DNA of 64,000 nt. Source: an uncultured Clostridia bacterium. GTDB lineage: Bacteria; Bacillota; Clostridia; TANB77; CAG-508. The notes under the pieces were generated by a model. The model did no database searches and had not been told where the DNA came from. It worked only from the letters and a program-made list of their open reading frames with translations. The stretch covers positions 17,732-81,731 of the forward strand of contig CALXKK010000004.1 in NCBI GenBank assembly GCA_944388935.1, given 5' to 3'. The first letter of the stretch is position 1. Every line of letters starts with the position of its first letter. The translations under genes were made by a program, and so were the position numbers. Shown here one piece after another: positions 30,566 to 41,633 of this stretch.

Positions 30566-30606
30566 GGACCTAAATTGTTGAATTTATAACAATTTAGGTC
30601 CTTTTT
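30566..30606 (+). terminator. Intrinsic terminator
   Basis: GGACCTAAATTGTT...AACAATTTAGGTCC followed by TTTTT. Confidence 0.8.
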
Positions 30607-30732
30607 GGTGTTGACAAAATTATATGGTAAGAATTTTTTTATGAAATCTTTATATATAAAATTAAAAATTGATTGAAAATATAAATTACCTTATAGTATA
30701 ATTAATTACAATTAAAAAAGGGGTTTTTAATT

Positions 30733-31107
30733 ATGGAAGAAAATAATACAAATAATAACAAAGAAAATATAAAGCCAGGAAAAAGTATCGATTTAAGCAA
30801 TAATAATTCATCAAATAATACAAAAACTACGAAAAGTGAAACTAGAAAAGCTTTCAGCTTTGTATCTTTAATTTGTGGAATACTATCAATTGTATTTTCA
30901 TTTTTTGTTGGGATACCAGAGCTATTAGCAATAGTAGCAATAATTATGGGAATACTTGGATTAAAATCAGAAGAGAGACGTGCTTCAATTGTTGGAATTG
31001 TTACTGGTATAATCGGGATGATTTTAAATATATTATTTATAATTGGGGTTTTATTTTTCTTCAATGTTTTATTAAATTTCATAAGTGAGTTTAAAAATAT
31101 AGGTTAA
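30733..31107 (+). CDS. DUF4190-like membrane protein (paralog of 30161-30550)
   Basis: SLICGILSI..GILGLKS..ASIVGIVTG. Confidence 0.75.
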   Translation: MEENNTNNNKENIKPGKSIDLSNNNSSNNTKTTKSETRKAFSFVSLICGILSIVFSFFVGIPELLAIVAIIMGILGLKSEERRASIVGIVTGIIGMILNILFIIGVLFFFNVLLNFISEFKNIG

Positions 31108-31170
31108 AAATAGATATGTCACAGTAAAATAAAAAAAGTTGTACCAATAAGGCACAGAATGGAGGCTAAT

Positions 31171-31662
31171 ATGGGCGAAAAAAATTGTATGGACGAAAAA
31201 GTATCAAATGAAATGCAAGAACTACTAAAAAATTACACGAAAGAAAAATCAAATTTAATTCAAATTTTAAATGAAGTTCAAGAAAAATATGGTTATATTC
31301 CAAAACAAGCACAAGTTGAAATTTCTAATTATTTATCAATTCCAATGGCAGAAATTTATGGTGTCATTACGTTTTATTCTCGTTTTACTCTAGAACCAAA
31401 AGGAAAATATAATATATCAGTTTGTCTAGGCACAGCTTGCTTTGTAAAAGGCTCACAAGCGTTGCTAGATCGTTTAAAGGAAAGATTAAAGATAGAAGAA
31501 GGGCAGACTACTCCAGATGGCAAGTTTTCTATTGATGCAACAAGATGTGTTGGCGCATGTGGATTGGCTCCTGTATTTACAGTAAATAACGAGGTTTATG
31601 GAAAAGCTACTGTTAAAAAATTGGATGAGGTATTAGATGAATATATGAAAAAAGAGGACTAA
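31171..31662 (+). CDS. hydC: Electron-bifurcating hydrogenase 2Fe-2S subunit (HydC/NuoE-like)
   Basis: CLGTACFVKG, RCVGACGLAP; start uncertain (31159/31171/31189). Confidence 0.9.
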   Translation: MGEKNCMDEKVSNEMQELLKNYTKEKSNLIQILNEVQEKYGYIPKQAQVEISNYLSIPMAEIYGVITFYSRFTLEPKGKYNISVCLGTACFVKGSQALLDRLKERLKIEEGQTTPDGKFSIDATRCVGACGLAPVFTVNNEVYGKATVKKLDEVLDEYMKKED

Positions 31663-31742
31663 TTTTTAATGAAACATATAGATATTTAAAGGATTTTGCT
31701 AAATTAACGGAAAAATTTAATATAAACCGAAAGGAGAATTAT

Positions 31743-33602
31743 ATGAAAACTTTAGAAGAAATTCACCAAATTAGAGAACAAAAAAGAAAAGAGCTTGACT
31801 TAAGGGTAAATACAGCAGCAGATACAAGAGAAAAGCATATCTTAGTATGTAGAGGAACGGGTTGTACATCATCTAAGTCACCAGATATTATAGCTAATTT
31901 TAGAAAGATTATAGAAGAAAAAGGTATCCAAAATGTTAGAGTTATACAAACAGGATGCTTTGGACTTTGCGCCAAAGGACCTATTGTTATAATTCGACCA
32001 GAGGATACCTTTTATGCTATGGTAACTCCAGATGATTGTAGAGAGATTATAGAGAAGCATATAGAAAAAGGTGAGATTGTAGAGAGACTTCTTTGTAAAG
32101 ATGTTGACAATACAATGGTTAATCGTTTGGATGAGCTTAATTTCTATAAAAAGCAAAAGCGTATCGCTCTTAAAAATTGCGGTATTATTGACCCGGAGCA
32201 AATTGACGAGTACATAGCTTTTGATGGATATAAGGCTCTAGAGCAAGTTCTTACCCAAATGACGCCTGATGAAGTAATTAATGAAGTTAGTGAATCTGGT
32301 TTAAGAGGACGTGGAGGTGCTGGATTCCCAACTGGTAGGAAATGGTTATTTACGAAACAAGCTGAAGGTGACCAAAAGTATGTTGTTTGTAATGCAGATG
32401 AAGGAGATCCAGGAGCATTTATGGATCGTAGTATTCTAGAAGGTGACCCACATAGTGTGCTAGAAGCTATGGAAATTGCAGGATATAGTATTGGTGCAGA
32501 TAAGGGATATATTTATGTAAGAGCAGAATATCCAATAGCTGTTCAAAGACTTAGAGTTGCAATTGACCAAGCCAGAGATTATGGTTTACTTGGAAAGAAT
32601 ATTTTTGGTACAGATTTTTCTTTTGATATAGAGATTAGATTAGGAGCTGGTGCTTTTGTTTGTGGTGAGGAGACCGCACTTCTAGAATCTATAGAAGGTA
32701 GAAGAGGACAACCACGTGTTAAACCTCCATATCCTGCTAATTCAGGCTTATGGGGAAAACCAACATTAATTAATAATGTTGAAACATATGCAAATATCAC
32801 AAGAATTATTTTGAATGGTGCTAAATGGTATGCAAGCATTGGAACGGAGAAATCTAAAGGAACTAAAGTTTTTGCTTTGGGCGGAAATGTAAATAACATA
32901 GGTTTAGTTGAGGTGCCAATGGGAACTACTTTAAGAGAGATTGTATTTGATATTGGTGGTGGAATTCCTAATGGTAGAGAGTTTAAGGCTGCTCAAACCG
33001 GTGGACCTTCTGGTGGATGTATTCCAAAGGAGCATTTGGACACACCAATAGATTACGAGTCTCTTTCTAGTATTGGCTCTATGATGGGTTCTGGTGGGCT
33101 TATAGTTATGGACGATTCTAAATGTATGGTTAATATTTCTAAATTTTATTTAGACTTTACAGTTAGTGAAAGTTGCGGTAAATGTACTCCTTGTAGAATT
33201 GGTACAAAGAGAATGTTGGAAATTTTGGATAGAATGTGCGAAGGAAAAGCTGATGAGGATGATTTATATAAATTGGAGAAATTGGCTTTAAATATTAAAA
33301 AGTCAGCAATATGCGGACTTGGTCAAACTGCTCCAAACCCAGTTTTAAGTACTTTGAAATATTTTAGAGATGAATATATGGAACACATAAAATATAAAAA
33401 ATGTAGAGCTGGTCAATGCAAAGCTTTGGCTAATATCGAGATTGATCCAGAGAAATGTAAAGGTTGTGGAATTTGCAAGAGAAATTGTCCTGTTAACGCA
33501 ATTACAGGAGAGCCAAGACAACCACATAAAATTGACCCAGATGTATGTATTAAATGTGGTACTTGTGTTGATAAATGTCCGTTTAAGGCTATAAAAAAAT
33601 AG
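31743..33602 (+). CDS. hydB: Hydrogenase NADH/FMN-binding subunit (HydB/NuoF-like)
   Basis: GLRGRGGAGFPTG, CNADEGDPGAFMDR, ESCGKCTPCR, two C-terminal 4Fe-4S motifs. Confidence 0.95.
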   Translation: MKTLEEIHQIREQKRKELDLRVNTAADTREKHILVCRGTGCTSSKSPDIIANFRKIIEEKGIQNVRVIQTGCFGLCAKGPIVIIRPEDTFYAMVTPDDCREIIEKHIEKGEIVERLLCKDVDNTMVNRLDELNFYKKQKRIALKNCGIIDPEQIDEYIAFDGYKALEQVLTQMTPDEVINEVSESGLRGRGGAGFPTGRKWLFTKQAEGDQKYVVCNADEGDPGAFMDRSILEGDPHSVLEAMEIAGYSIGADKGYIYVRAEYPIAVQRLRVAIDQARDYGLLGKNIFGTDFSFDIEIRLGAGAFVCGEETALLESIEGRRGQPRVKPPYPANSGLWGKPTLINNVETYANITRIILNGAKWYASIGTEKSKGTKVFALGGNVNNIGLVEVPMGTTLREIVFDIGGGIPNGREFKAAQTGGPSGGCIPKEHLDTPIDYESLSSIGSMMGSGGLIVMDDSKCMVNISKFYLDFTVSESCGKCTPCRIGTKRMLEILDRMCEGKADEDDLYKLEKLALNIKKSAICGLGQTAPNPVLSTLKYFRDEYMEHIKYKKCRAGQCKALANIEIDPEKCKGCGICKRNCPVNAITGEPRQPHKIDPDVCIKCGTCVDKCPFKAIKK

Positions 33603-33669
33603 TTGCGAATTAACACAGAACTGAGATTGCACATAGAAAAATAAAGCCTAATTAGAAGGGAGAATTAAT

Positions 33670-35421
33670 ATGGATGAAAATTTAGTTGCATTAACTATTG
33701 ACGATAAAGAAGTAAAAGTAAAGCAAGGGACTACTATCTTGCAAGCTGCAAAACAAGCTAATATAGATATTCCTACCTTATGTTTCTTAAAAGATATTAA
33801 TGAGGTTGGAGATTGTAGAATGTGCATAGTAGAAGTAGATGGAAGAAAAGGTTTTGCGACTTCTTGTATTCAAAAAGTAGAAGAAGGTATGGTTGTACAT
33901 ACGCATTCACCAGCTGTTATGGAAGCTAGAAGAGTTATACTAGATTTAATATTATCAAATCATCATCGTGATTGTTTAACTTGTACTCGTAATGGAAATT
34001 GTGAATTGCAAGCATTGGCAATGAAATTTAATGTTCAACATGTGGAATTTGAAGGCGAGATGACGGAGCATAAAATTGATGATAAATCACCTGCAATTGT
34101 TAGAGATTTTAACAAGTGTATTTTGTGTAGAAGATGTGTTGCTGCTTGTAAGAATGTTCAACAAATTGGCGCTATTGATTGCATTAATAGAGGTTTTGAA
34201 TCTTGCATTTCTACAGTTGGAGATAATAGTTTAAATGATGTTAACTGTACTTTTTGTGGTCAATGTATAGAAGCTTGCCCAACAGGAGCGTTAAAAGAAA
34301 AAGAATACATTAAAGATGTATGGAGAAATTTAAAAGATCCAGATGTATATACTGTTGTTCAAACAGCTCCGGCTGTTAGAGTTGCATTGGGCGAAGAGTT
34401 TGGAATGCCTATTGGAACAAATGTAACAGGTAAAATGGTCTCTGCTCTAAAGAGTTTAGGATTTGATAGAGTATTTGACACAAATACTGGTGCAGATTTA
34501 ACAATTATGGAAGAAGCAAATGAATTTGTAGAACGTTTTAAAAATCAAGATTGTCTTCCAATGATAACATCTTGTAGTCCAGGCTGGGTAAGGTTTGCAG
34601 AGAAAAATTATCCGGATTTATTAGGACATTTGTCAAGCTGTAAATCTCCTCATCAAATGTTTGGAGCAATGGTAAAATCATATTATGCAAAAAAATATAA
34701 TATTGATCCAAAGAAAATATGTATGGTTTCTGTTATGCCTTGTATTGCTAAAAAATATGAGTGCCAAAGAGAAGAGATGGAAGTTGATGGCGTTCGTGAT
34801 GTTGATTATGTAATTACAACAAGAGAGTTATCTAGAATGATTAAACAAGCAAATATTGAATTTACACAATTAGAAGATGATGTATTCGATGAGCCAATGG
34901 GAGAAGCTACAGGTGCTGGTGCAATATTTGGAACAACTGGTGGTGTTATGGAAGCAGCATTAAGAACTGCAGCAGATACATTGGAAGGAAAGGACTTACC
35001 ACAATTCGAATACACTGCAGTAAGAGGTGGTAAAGGAAGAAAGGAAACAACAGTAGAGATTGCCGGAAAAAAGATTAAAGCAGTTGTAGTAAGTGGCCTA
35101 AGTAATGCTAGAAAAGTAATGGACGAGATAAGAGAAGGCAAAGCAGATTATCAATTTGTAGAAATAATGGCATGTCCAGGAGGATGTGTAATGGGCGGAG
35201 GTCAACCTATAAAGAGCTCAAAGATAAGAAGTGAGGTTGATGTAAGAAAATTAAGAGCAGATGCTCTATATACAATAGATGAAAAGAGCGTTATAAGAAA
35301 ATCGCACGAAAGCCCAGTAATGAAGCAAATGTACGCAGAATTCTTGCAAAAGCCAGGAAGCGAAATAGCACACAAATACTTACATACACATTATACGCCA
35401 AAGAAATTGTATGATATTTAG
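33670..35421 (+). CDS. hydA: [FeFe]-hydrogenase catalytic subunit (group A, trimeric)
   Basis: H-cluster motifs TSCSPGW, MPCIAKKYE, EIMACPGGCVMGGGQP; N-terminal FeS clusters. Confidence 0.95.
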   Translation: MDENLVALTIDDKEVKVKQGTTILQAAKQANIDIPTLCFLKDINEVGDCRMCIVEVDGRKGFATSCIQKVEEGMVVHTHSPAVMEARRVILDLILSNHHRDCLTCTRNGNCELQALAMKFNVQHVEFEGEMTEHKIDDKSPAIVRDFNKCILCRRCVAACKNVQQIGAIDCINRGFESCISTVGDNSLNDVNCTFCGQCIEACPTGALKEKEYIKDVWRNLKDPDVYTVVQTAPAVRVALGEEFGMPIGTNVTGKMVSALKSLGFDRVFDTNTGADLTIMEEANEFVERFKNQDCLPMITSCSPGWVRFAEKNYPDLLGHLSSCKSPHQMFGAMVKSYYAKKYNIDPKKICMVSVMPCIAKKYECQREEMEVDGVRDVDYVITTRELSRMIKQANIEFTQLEDDVFDEPMGEATGAGAIFGTTGGVMEAALRTAADTLEGKDLPQFEYTAVRGGKGRKETTVEIAGKKIKAVVVSGLSNARKVMDEIREGKADYQFVEIMACPGGCVMGGGQPIKSSKIRSEVDVRKLRADALYTIDEKSVIRKSHESPVMKQMYAEFLQKPGSEIAHKYLHTHYTPKKLYDI

Positions 35422-35448
35422 GGATTGGAGGACGGTCCTAAAATCCCT
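35420..35448 (+). repeat. REP-like palindromic unit
   Basis: AGGGATT-ggaGGACGGTCCTA-AATCCCT; related units at 37675, 57944 and 62863. Confidence 0.7.
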
Positions 35449-35482
35449 GTTTGAAATTTATCATTGAAATGGAGAGATTTAT

Positions 35483-36013
35483 ATGAATACTGAATACGAA
35501 ATTAGAGTTCTAGAAATTAACAAACAGAAACTTATAGAAAAGCTCGAGAAACTAGGTGCTGAGTTTAAAGGCGACAATGAACAAAGAAGATATGTTTATG
35601 ATGTGATTCCAAAGGAAGATGGCAAATGGATTAGGTTAAGAACTAATGGTAAAAAAACTACACTTACATATAAAAATGTTGTAGATACTACTATAGATGG
35701 AACGAAAGAATTGGAAGTAGAAGTTTCTGATTTCGAAAAAACAAATGAGCTATTAGAAAATATGGGAATAAAAAATAGGGGCTATCAAGAAAATCGAAGA
35801 ACTCAATATGTTCTAAATGGTGTTGAAATTGATATTGATTCATGGCCTATGATTCCTACATATGTCGAGATTGAAGGCAAGAATGAGGATGAGGTCTTAA
35901 AAACGCTAGATTTACTAGAGTTACCAAATGACAAAGTTACAACTTTGGACGTTGATAGTGTTTATAAGAAATATGGAATTAATCTGAAAGATATAAAAGT
36001 GTTGAAGTTTTAG
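35483..36013 (+). CDS. CYTH-domain protein (class IV adenylyl cyclase-like)
   Basis: EYEIR, WIRLR, LTYK, ELEV, IDIDSWP, YVEIEG. Confidence 0.85.
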   Translation: MNTEYEIRVLEINKQKLIEKLEKLGAEFKGDNEQRRYVYDVIPKEDGKWIRLRTNGKKTTLTYKNVVDTTIDGTKELEVEVSDFEKTNELLENMGIKNRGYQENRRTQYVLNGVEIDIDSWPMIPTYVEIEGKNEDEVLKTLDLLELPNDKVTTLDVDSVYKKYGINLKDIKVLKF

Positions 36014-36032
36014 AGATAATGGGGCAAGATAT

Positions 36033-37465
36033 ATGAATGAACTTGATGTTAATGAAGTAGTAAAATACTTTTTCGAAATAAGCAAAATTCCAAGAATGTC
36101 TGGTAAGGAAGAAAAGATAGCAGACTATGTAGAAAATTTTGCGAAGGAGAGAAATTTAAAATATATAAGAGATTCTTACAATAATATAATCATATTTAAA
36201 GAATCAACAAATCATAATAAAAACGATGAAAGCATAATGTTGCAATGCCATTTAGATATGGTGTGCCAAAAAGAGGAAGATTCCAATCATGATTTTAGCA
36301 AAGATGGTTTGGATGTTTATATTGATGGAGATTTTATTAAAGCTAAAAATACTACACTTGGTGCAGATAATGGAATAGGAATTGCTATAATATTTGCAAT
36401 ATTAAATTCTAATAAGATAAGTCATCCAAGAATAGAAGCTATATTTACAGTACAAGAAGAGACAACTATGGAAGGAGCACAAAAGATAGATGTCAGTGTG
36501 TTAAAAAGTAAAAAGATGATATGCTTGGACAATATGAATGAAGATGAATTATGGATTGGATGTGCTGGAGCCAAAATATTTGAATACGATATAGAATGTA
36601 ATAAACAAGAGAATAATGGAAATTATGCATTAATAAAAATAGGAATAAATGGCTTTAGAGGCGGTTATTCTGGAAAAGATATATCTAAAAATAGAGGAAA
36701 TCCTATAAAAGAAATGGGAAATTTACTGAACGACTTATATGCAAAATTTAATATTTATTTAAAAAATATTCATGGCGGTAGAAAAGTAAATGTAATACCA
36801 AGAGAGTGTTATAGCGAAATATACATTAAAAAAGATGATTTTAATAAAGTAAATCAAGAAATAATGAATTATGATAAATTATTAAAGCAGAAAAATTCAA
36901 ATGATAATGAAAATATTAGTATTAATGTAGAAAAAATTGAACAAATAGACAATTATAGTTATGACGCCAATACGACTAAAAAAGTTATAAATATCATAAA
37001 AGATTTAAAAGATGGCGTGTACTATAAAGACAAATATGGAAATCCACTAGTTTCATTAAACATAGAAAAATAGAAAGTCTTGTTGACAAAATAAAAATTT
37101 CTTTTTCTATTAGAACAAATAGAAGCGAAATAGAACAAAAGTTAGAAAAACAATTGGATGATATAGTTAGTAAATATAATATACTAAAAAGTAAAAGCGA
37201 ATTATCAGGGTATGAGCATATAGAAAGGTCAAAATTTGTAGATACCTGTAAAACGATATATAAACAATATTTTAATAAAGAGCCTAAAGTGATAGATATG
37301 CATATATGTTTAGAAGCGGGCTTTTTTGCAAACAAAATACCGGAATTGGATTTTATTGCGATAGCACCAAATATATATGATGCTCATAGTCCAAAAGAAA
37401 GATGTTCAATAAGTTTTTTAAAGAGGGTATATAATTATATTGTTTTGATATTAGAGCAAATATAA
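36033..37465 (+). pseudogene. pepD: M20 aminoacyl-histidine dipeptidase (PepD), frameshifted near 37065
   Basis: LQCHLDMV, TTLGADNGIG, QEETTM; after a -1 shift the frame continues KIESL...MHICLEAG...DAHSPKER. Confidence 0.75.
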
Positions 37466-37674
37466 TATATGTAAAAAGACAATGCAAATTAATGCATTGT
37501 TTTTTCTTACCATACTGACTACCCATCCTAATAGAAAAAAATAAAAAATAACTATATAATAACAAAGGAAAATTTATGAAAAAATGAAACACACAATTAA
37601 TAAAGCCTTGCAAAAAATAAACAAATAAAATAAAATTAGCATGTAGCTTAGTTTTAAAAATTTACATAAAATTT

Positions 37675-37702
37675 GAACTTTTAAGGTCCGTCCCTAAAGT
37701 TC
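37675..37702 (-). repeat. REP-like palindromic unit (inverted orientation)
   Basis: Minus strand GAACTT-tAGGGACGGACCTtaa-AAGTTC. Confidence 0.6.
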
Positions 37703-37723
37703 ATAAAGGAGGAGCGAAAAACC

Positions 37724-38575
37724 ATGGTAATCGACAAAATAAAAAAGGTTAATGGTACCGAAGACGAGAAGCCACACAAAAATACGAAAGCATCAGATAT
37801 GTTAGTTGGAAAATGGGTTAAATGTGATGCTTGTAAAGAAATTTTGTATAAAGATGATGTACATAAAAATTTAAGTGTATGTCCAAACTGTGGCAAGCAC
37901 TTTAGAATTTCTGCAAGAAGAAGAATTAAACAAATTATAGACGAGGGAACTTTTGAAGAGACATACGAGAATTTACCAGAAACAGACCCAATTAAATTTG
38001 ATGGTTACTTAAAGAAAATTGAAGCTTTAAGAGAAAAAACAAAAATTCAGGAAGCAGTTAAAACTGGTTTTGGAGCAATAAATGGTAATAAAGTTGTAAT
38101 TGCAGTAATGGATAGTAACTTTCTTATGGGTAGTATGGGAAGTGTTGTTGGTGAAAAGATAACACTTGCTATAGAAGATGCAATAAAAGATAAATTACCT
38201 TTTGTAATTTTCTGTGTTTCGGGTGGTGCTAGAATGCAAGAAGGAATGGTTTCTTTAATGCAAATGGCTAAAACTTCTGCAGCTATGGCAAAGTTAGATG
38301 ATGAAGGTTTACTAAGCATTACAGTTTTAACAGACCCAACAACGGGTGGTGTTACAGCAAGCTTCGCAAGTTTAGGAGATATAATTTTAGCAGAGCCAAA
38401 TGCATTAATAGGATTTGCAGGACCTAGAGTAATAGAGCAAACCATAGGTCAAAAATTGCCAGAAGGTTTCCAAAGATCAGAATTTTTATTAGAACATGGT
38501 TTTATAGATAAAATAGTTGAAAGAAAAGATATGAAAAAAACATTAGCACAAATATTAGAGTTGCATAAAAACTAG
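37724..38575 (+). CDS. accD: Acetyl-CoA carboxylase carboxyltransferase beta
   Basis: WVKC..C..CPNC zinc finger, [30 protein letters not shown]. Confidence 0.95.
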   Translation: MVIDKIKKVNGTEDEKPHKNTKASDMLVGKWVKCDACKEILYKDDVHKNLSVCPNCGKHFRISARRRIKQIIDEGTFEETYENLPETDPIKFDGYLKKIEALREKTKIQEAVKTGFGAINGNKVVIAVMDSNFLMGSMGSVVGEKITLAIEDAIKDKLPFVIFCVSGGARMQEGMVSLMQMAKTSAAMAKLDDEGLLSITVLTDPTTGGVTASFASLGDIILAEPNALIGFAGPRVIEQTIGQKLPEGFQRSEFLLEHGFIDKIVERKDMKKTLAQILELHKN

Positions 38576-38592
38576 AAAGGAGATGAAATTAA

Positions 38593-39393
38593 ATGAGTAA
38601 AAAATCAGCTTGGGACATAGTTATGCTAGCAAGGGATAGCCAAAGACCAAAAGCAAAAGATTACATAAATTCAATAGTGGATGATTTCATCGAATTTCAT
38701 GGTGATAGATATTTTGGAGATGACAAATCTATTATTGGAGGAATAGGAAGAATTAATGGAACAGTAGTTACTGTTATAGGTCAGGAAAAAGGTAGTACAA
38801 CCAAAGAAAAGATGGAAAGAAACTTTGGTATGACTAATCCGGAAGGATATAGAAAAGCATTAAGACTTATGAAACAAGCAGAAAAATTCCATAGACCTGT
38901 AATTACTTTCGTAGATACCCCAGGAGCATATCCAGGATTGGGAGCAGAAGAGAGAGGTCAAGGAGAAGCAATAGCAAGAAACTTAATGGAAATGTCAAGA
39001 TTAAAAACTCCAATTATTGCAATTGTAATTGGTGAAGGTTCAAGCGGTGGAGCTTTAGCAATTTGTGTTGGTGATAGAATTGCAATGCTAGAAAACAGTG
39101 TGTATTCAGTATTATCACCAGAAGGTTTTGCAAGTATTCTTTATAAAGATGCAAGTAAAAATAAAGAAGCAGCAGAAAAAATGAAAATCACTGCAAAAGA
39201 CCTAAAAGAACTAGGAATAATCGACGACATTATAAAAGAATCAGATAATCAAGAAGAAAATTTAGAGTTTGTATCAAAAGAATTAAAAGAATATATTACG
39301 AAAACTCTAAAGAAATTAAATAAGTTAAGTACCGAAGATTTATTAAATCTTAGATATGAAAAATATAGAAAAATAGGAAAGATGGAGGAGTAA
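38593..39393 (+). CDS. accA: Acetyl-CoA carboxylase carboxyltransferase alpha
   Basis: [43 protein letters not shown]. Confidence 0.95.
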   Translation: MSKKSAWDIVMLARDSQRPKAKDYINSIVDDFIEFHGDRYFGDDKSIIGGIGRINGTVVTVIGQEKGSTTKEKMERNFGMTNPEGYRKALRLMKQAEKFHRPVITFVDTPGAYPGLGAEERGQGEAIARNLMEMSRLKTPIIAIVIGEGSSGGALAICVGDRIAMLENSVYSVLSPEGFASILYKDASKNKEAAEKMKITAKDLKELGIIDDIIKESDNQEENLEFVSKELKEYITKTLKKLNKLSTEDLLNLRYEKYRKIGKMEE

Positions 39394-39396
39394 ATT

Positions 39397-40167
39397 ATGT
39401 TATTAGAAAACAAGAAAATCGTTTTAATGGGTGTAAGAAACAAATGGAGTATAGCTTGGGGAGCTGCACAATCAGCTCATGAAAATGGTGCACAATTAAT
39501 TTGTACATATAATCCAAGTGAAGGTTCAGAAAAATTAGCAAAATTATTAGAGGAATTCCCTGGAACAAAATTATATCCATGTGATGCAAGTTCAGATGAA
39601 AGTATTAAAGATTGCTTCGCTGCAATAAAAGCTGATTATGGAAAAGTTGATGGAATTTTACACAGTATAGCACATGCTTTTACAGATGATTTAAGAAATG
39701 ATTTTGTAAATACTTCAAGAGAAGGATATTCTCATGCATGTGATGTTAGTGCATATTCTTTAGTAAAAATAGTTAATGAAGCTGTTAACCAAGATGTATT
39801 AAATGAAGGTGCAAGTATAGTTACATATACATATTATGGATCAGAAAAAGCAGTTCCTGGATATAATGTTATGGGTGTAGCTAAAGCAGCATTAGAAGCA
39901 AGCGTTCGTTATTTAGCTCAAGATTTAGGTAAAAAAGGTTTAAGAATAAATGCAATTTCTTCAGGACCAATAAAAACTTTATCAGCTAAAGGAATTAAAG
40001 ACTTTGGTTCTATAAGAAATGTTATAGAAGAAAAAGCTCCAATGCATAAAAATGTTACAATTGAACAAGTTGGAGATGCAACAACATTCTTATTCAGCAA
40101 TATGTCATCAGCAATTACTGGAGAAGTTATCCATGTTGACAATGGATTCTCAACAGTTGGTGTTTAA
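39397..40167 (+). CDS. fabI: Enoyl-ACP reductase FabI
   Basis: GVRNKWSIAWG, YNVMGVAKAALEASVRYLA, GPIKTLSA, TGEVIHVDNG. Confidence 0.92.
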   Translation: MLLENKKIVLMGVRNKWSIAWGAAQSAHENGAQLICTYNPSEGSEKLAKLLEEFPGTKLYPCDASSDESIKDCFAAIKADYGKVDGILHSIAHAFTDDLRNDFVNTSREGYSHACDVSAYSLVKIVNEAVNQDVLNEGASIVTYTYYGSEKAVPGYNVMGVAKAALEASVRYLAQDLGKKGLRINAISSGPIKTLSAKGIKDFGSIRNVIEEKAPMHKNVTIEQVGDATTFLFSNMSSAITGEVIHVDNGFSTVGV

Positions 40168-40175
40168 TACATTAA

Positions 40176-40290
40176 CCACTTTTATAAGAAAAGTGGCTTC
40201 GCCACATGTGCACAATTGCTTCACAATTGGCACGTACATAGGTAACTTAACCTTGTTACTCCGGAAAAATCTGGCGATTTTTCCTATGTA
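40176..40290. other. Multi-hairpin structured intergenic element
   Basis: Consecutive inverted repeats (detailed in findings). Confidence 0.55.
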
Positions 40291-40294
40291 ATAA

Positions 40295-40331
40295 AAAAAT
40301 CCTTTGGACTTTATAGTTCAGGGGATTTTTC
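40295..40331 (+). terminator. Intrinsic terminator after fabI
   Basis: AAAAATCCTTTGGACT-ttat-AGTTCAGGGGATTTTT. Confidence 0.7.
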
Positions 40332-40354
40332 TGAATATTTATTGGAGGAAAATA

Positions 40355-40687
40355 ATGGTAAATTTATTCTTTAAAGTTAATGATAAATTTTTGGTACATA
40401 AATGTGAAAATGAAGAGGCAGAAAAATATGGAGATTTCTTAAATTATCCCAAAAGTCACATGGAAATATGGGAGGAGTTTTATGCTAAAAAATATCATGT
40501 AGATTTTGATTTTTTTCCAAGAGGTAGAGTAGTTTACAATGTAAACGAAAAATGTTATTACATTTATCACGACAAATGTATAACAGACCTAACAGAAATT
40601 TTAGAAGATTACAAAAGCGAGAAATATAAAATTTGCACGGATTATCATTATCAATGTCACAAATGTAATAAAAATTATGTGATTTAA
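40355..40687 (+). CDS. Hypothetical protein
   Basis: GGAGG RBS; FFPRGRVVYN, HYQCHKC. Confidence 0.7.
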   Translation: MVNLFFKVNDKFLVHKCENEEAEKYGDFLNYPKSHMEIWEEFYAKKYHVDFDFFPRGRVVYNVNEKCYYIYHDKCITDLTEILEDYKSEKYKICTDYHYQCHKCNKNYVI

Positions 40688-40727
40688 GCGAAGAAGCAAT
40701 GTGACTGGTAGAAAGGATTGGTTTATT

Positions 40728-41633
40728 ATGAATATAAAAATAACAAAAAATATAGAAGAAGCAAACTGTATAACTCATAGTGGTATATTTCACTGTGATG
40801 AAGTTTTTTCTACAGTATTATTTTCAAAGATTTTACCAAAAGTTATAGTTTGCAGAACGCCAGAAGTAGAACAGGTTAGAGACAACCAATATGTTTATGA
40901 TATAGGCGGAGGAGAGCTAGACCATCATCAATTTGGTGGAAATGGAGAAAGAGAAAATGGAGTAAAATATTCATCTTGTGGACTTGTTTGGCGCAAATTT
41001 GGAAAAGATGTAATAAAAAAATATACTGACGAAAAGATTGAGGAAGTTTGGAAAAAGTTAGATAAAGATTTAGTGCAATACATTGATGCTGGGGACAATG
41101 GACAAATTCCAACTATCGATTTAGATTATAAATTAGTACAATTAGCAGGAATAATATCAGCATTTAATCCAAATTGGGATGAAGAAGTAGATCCTGACGA
41201 TAAGTTTATAGAGGCAGTAAAATTTGCAAATGTAGTTTTTGAAAATTCAATAAAAAGTACAATTTCTAAAGTAAAAGCGAAAGAAGAAGTAGAATTAGCC
41301 ATTAATAATTCGAAAGATGGGATTATGGTTTTGAATAAATATTTACCTTGGAAAGAAACTTTATTAGAATCAGATAATGAAAAGGCAAAATTAATAAATT
41401 TTGCAGTATTTCCTTCTAATAGGGGTGGATATAATGTTTATACTGTTCCTGTTCAAGTGGGGTCATTTGAAAGCAGGAAATTATTACCAGAAGAATGGGC
41501 AGGATTAAGAGATGAAGAATTACAAAAAGTAACAAACGTAAAAACTGCAAGTTTTTGTCATAACAAGCGATTTATATGTGTAGCAGGAACAAAGGAAGAT
41601 GCTTTAAAATTGGCTAAAATGGCGAATAATTAA
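40728..41633 (+). CDS. MYG1 family exonuclease
   Basis: THSGIFHCDE, YDIGGG.LDHHQ, YSSCGLVW, SFCH. Confidence 0.9.
   Translation: MNIKITKNIEEANCITHSGIFHCDEVFSTVLFSKILPKVIVCRTPEVEQVRDNQYVYDIGGGELDHHQFGGNGERENGVKYSSCGLVWRKFGKDVIKKYTDEKIEEVWKKLDKDLVQYIDAGDNGQIPTIDLDYKLVQLAGIISAFNPNWDEEVDPDDKFIEAVKFANVVFENSIKSTISKVKAKEEVELAINNSKDGIMVLNKYLPWKETLLESDNEKAKLINFAVFPSNRGGYNVYTVPVQVGSFESRKLLPEEWAGLRDEELQKVTNVKTASFCHNKRFICVAGTKEDALKLAKMANN

Noticed and set aside
30702-31088. Minus-strand 126-aa ORF and + strand 71-aa Cys/Trp-rich ORF
   Set aside because: They are shadows of the DUF4190-like gene 30733-31107.
31171-35421. Hydrogenase operon as a novelty
   Set aside because: It is a standard trimeric HydABC arrangement.
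40052-40291. 79-aa ORF across the fabI end
   Set aside because: It overlaps fabI out of frame, has no RBS and runs through the hairpin element.
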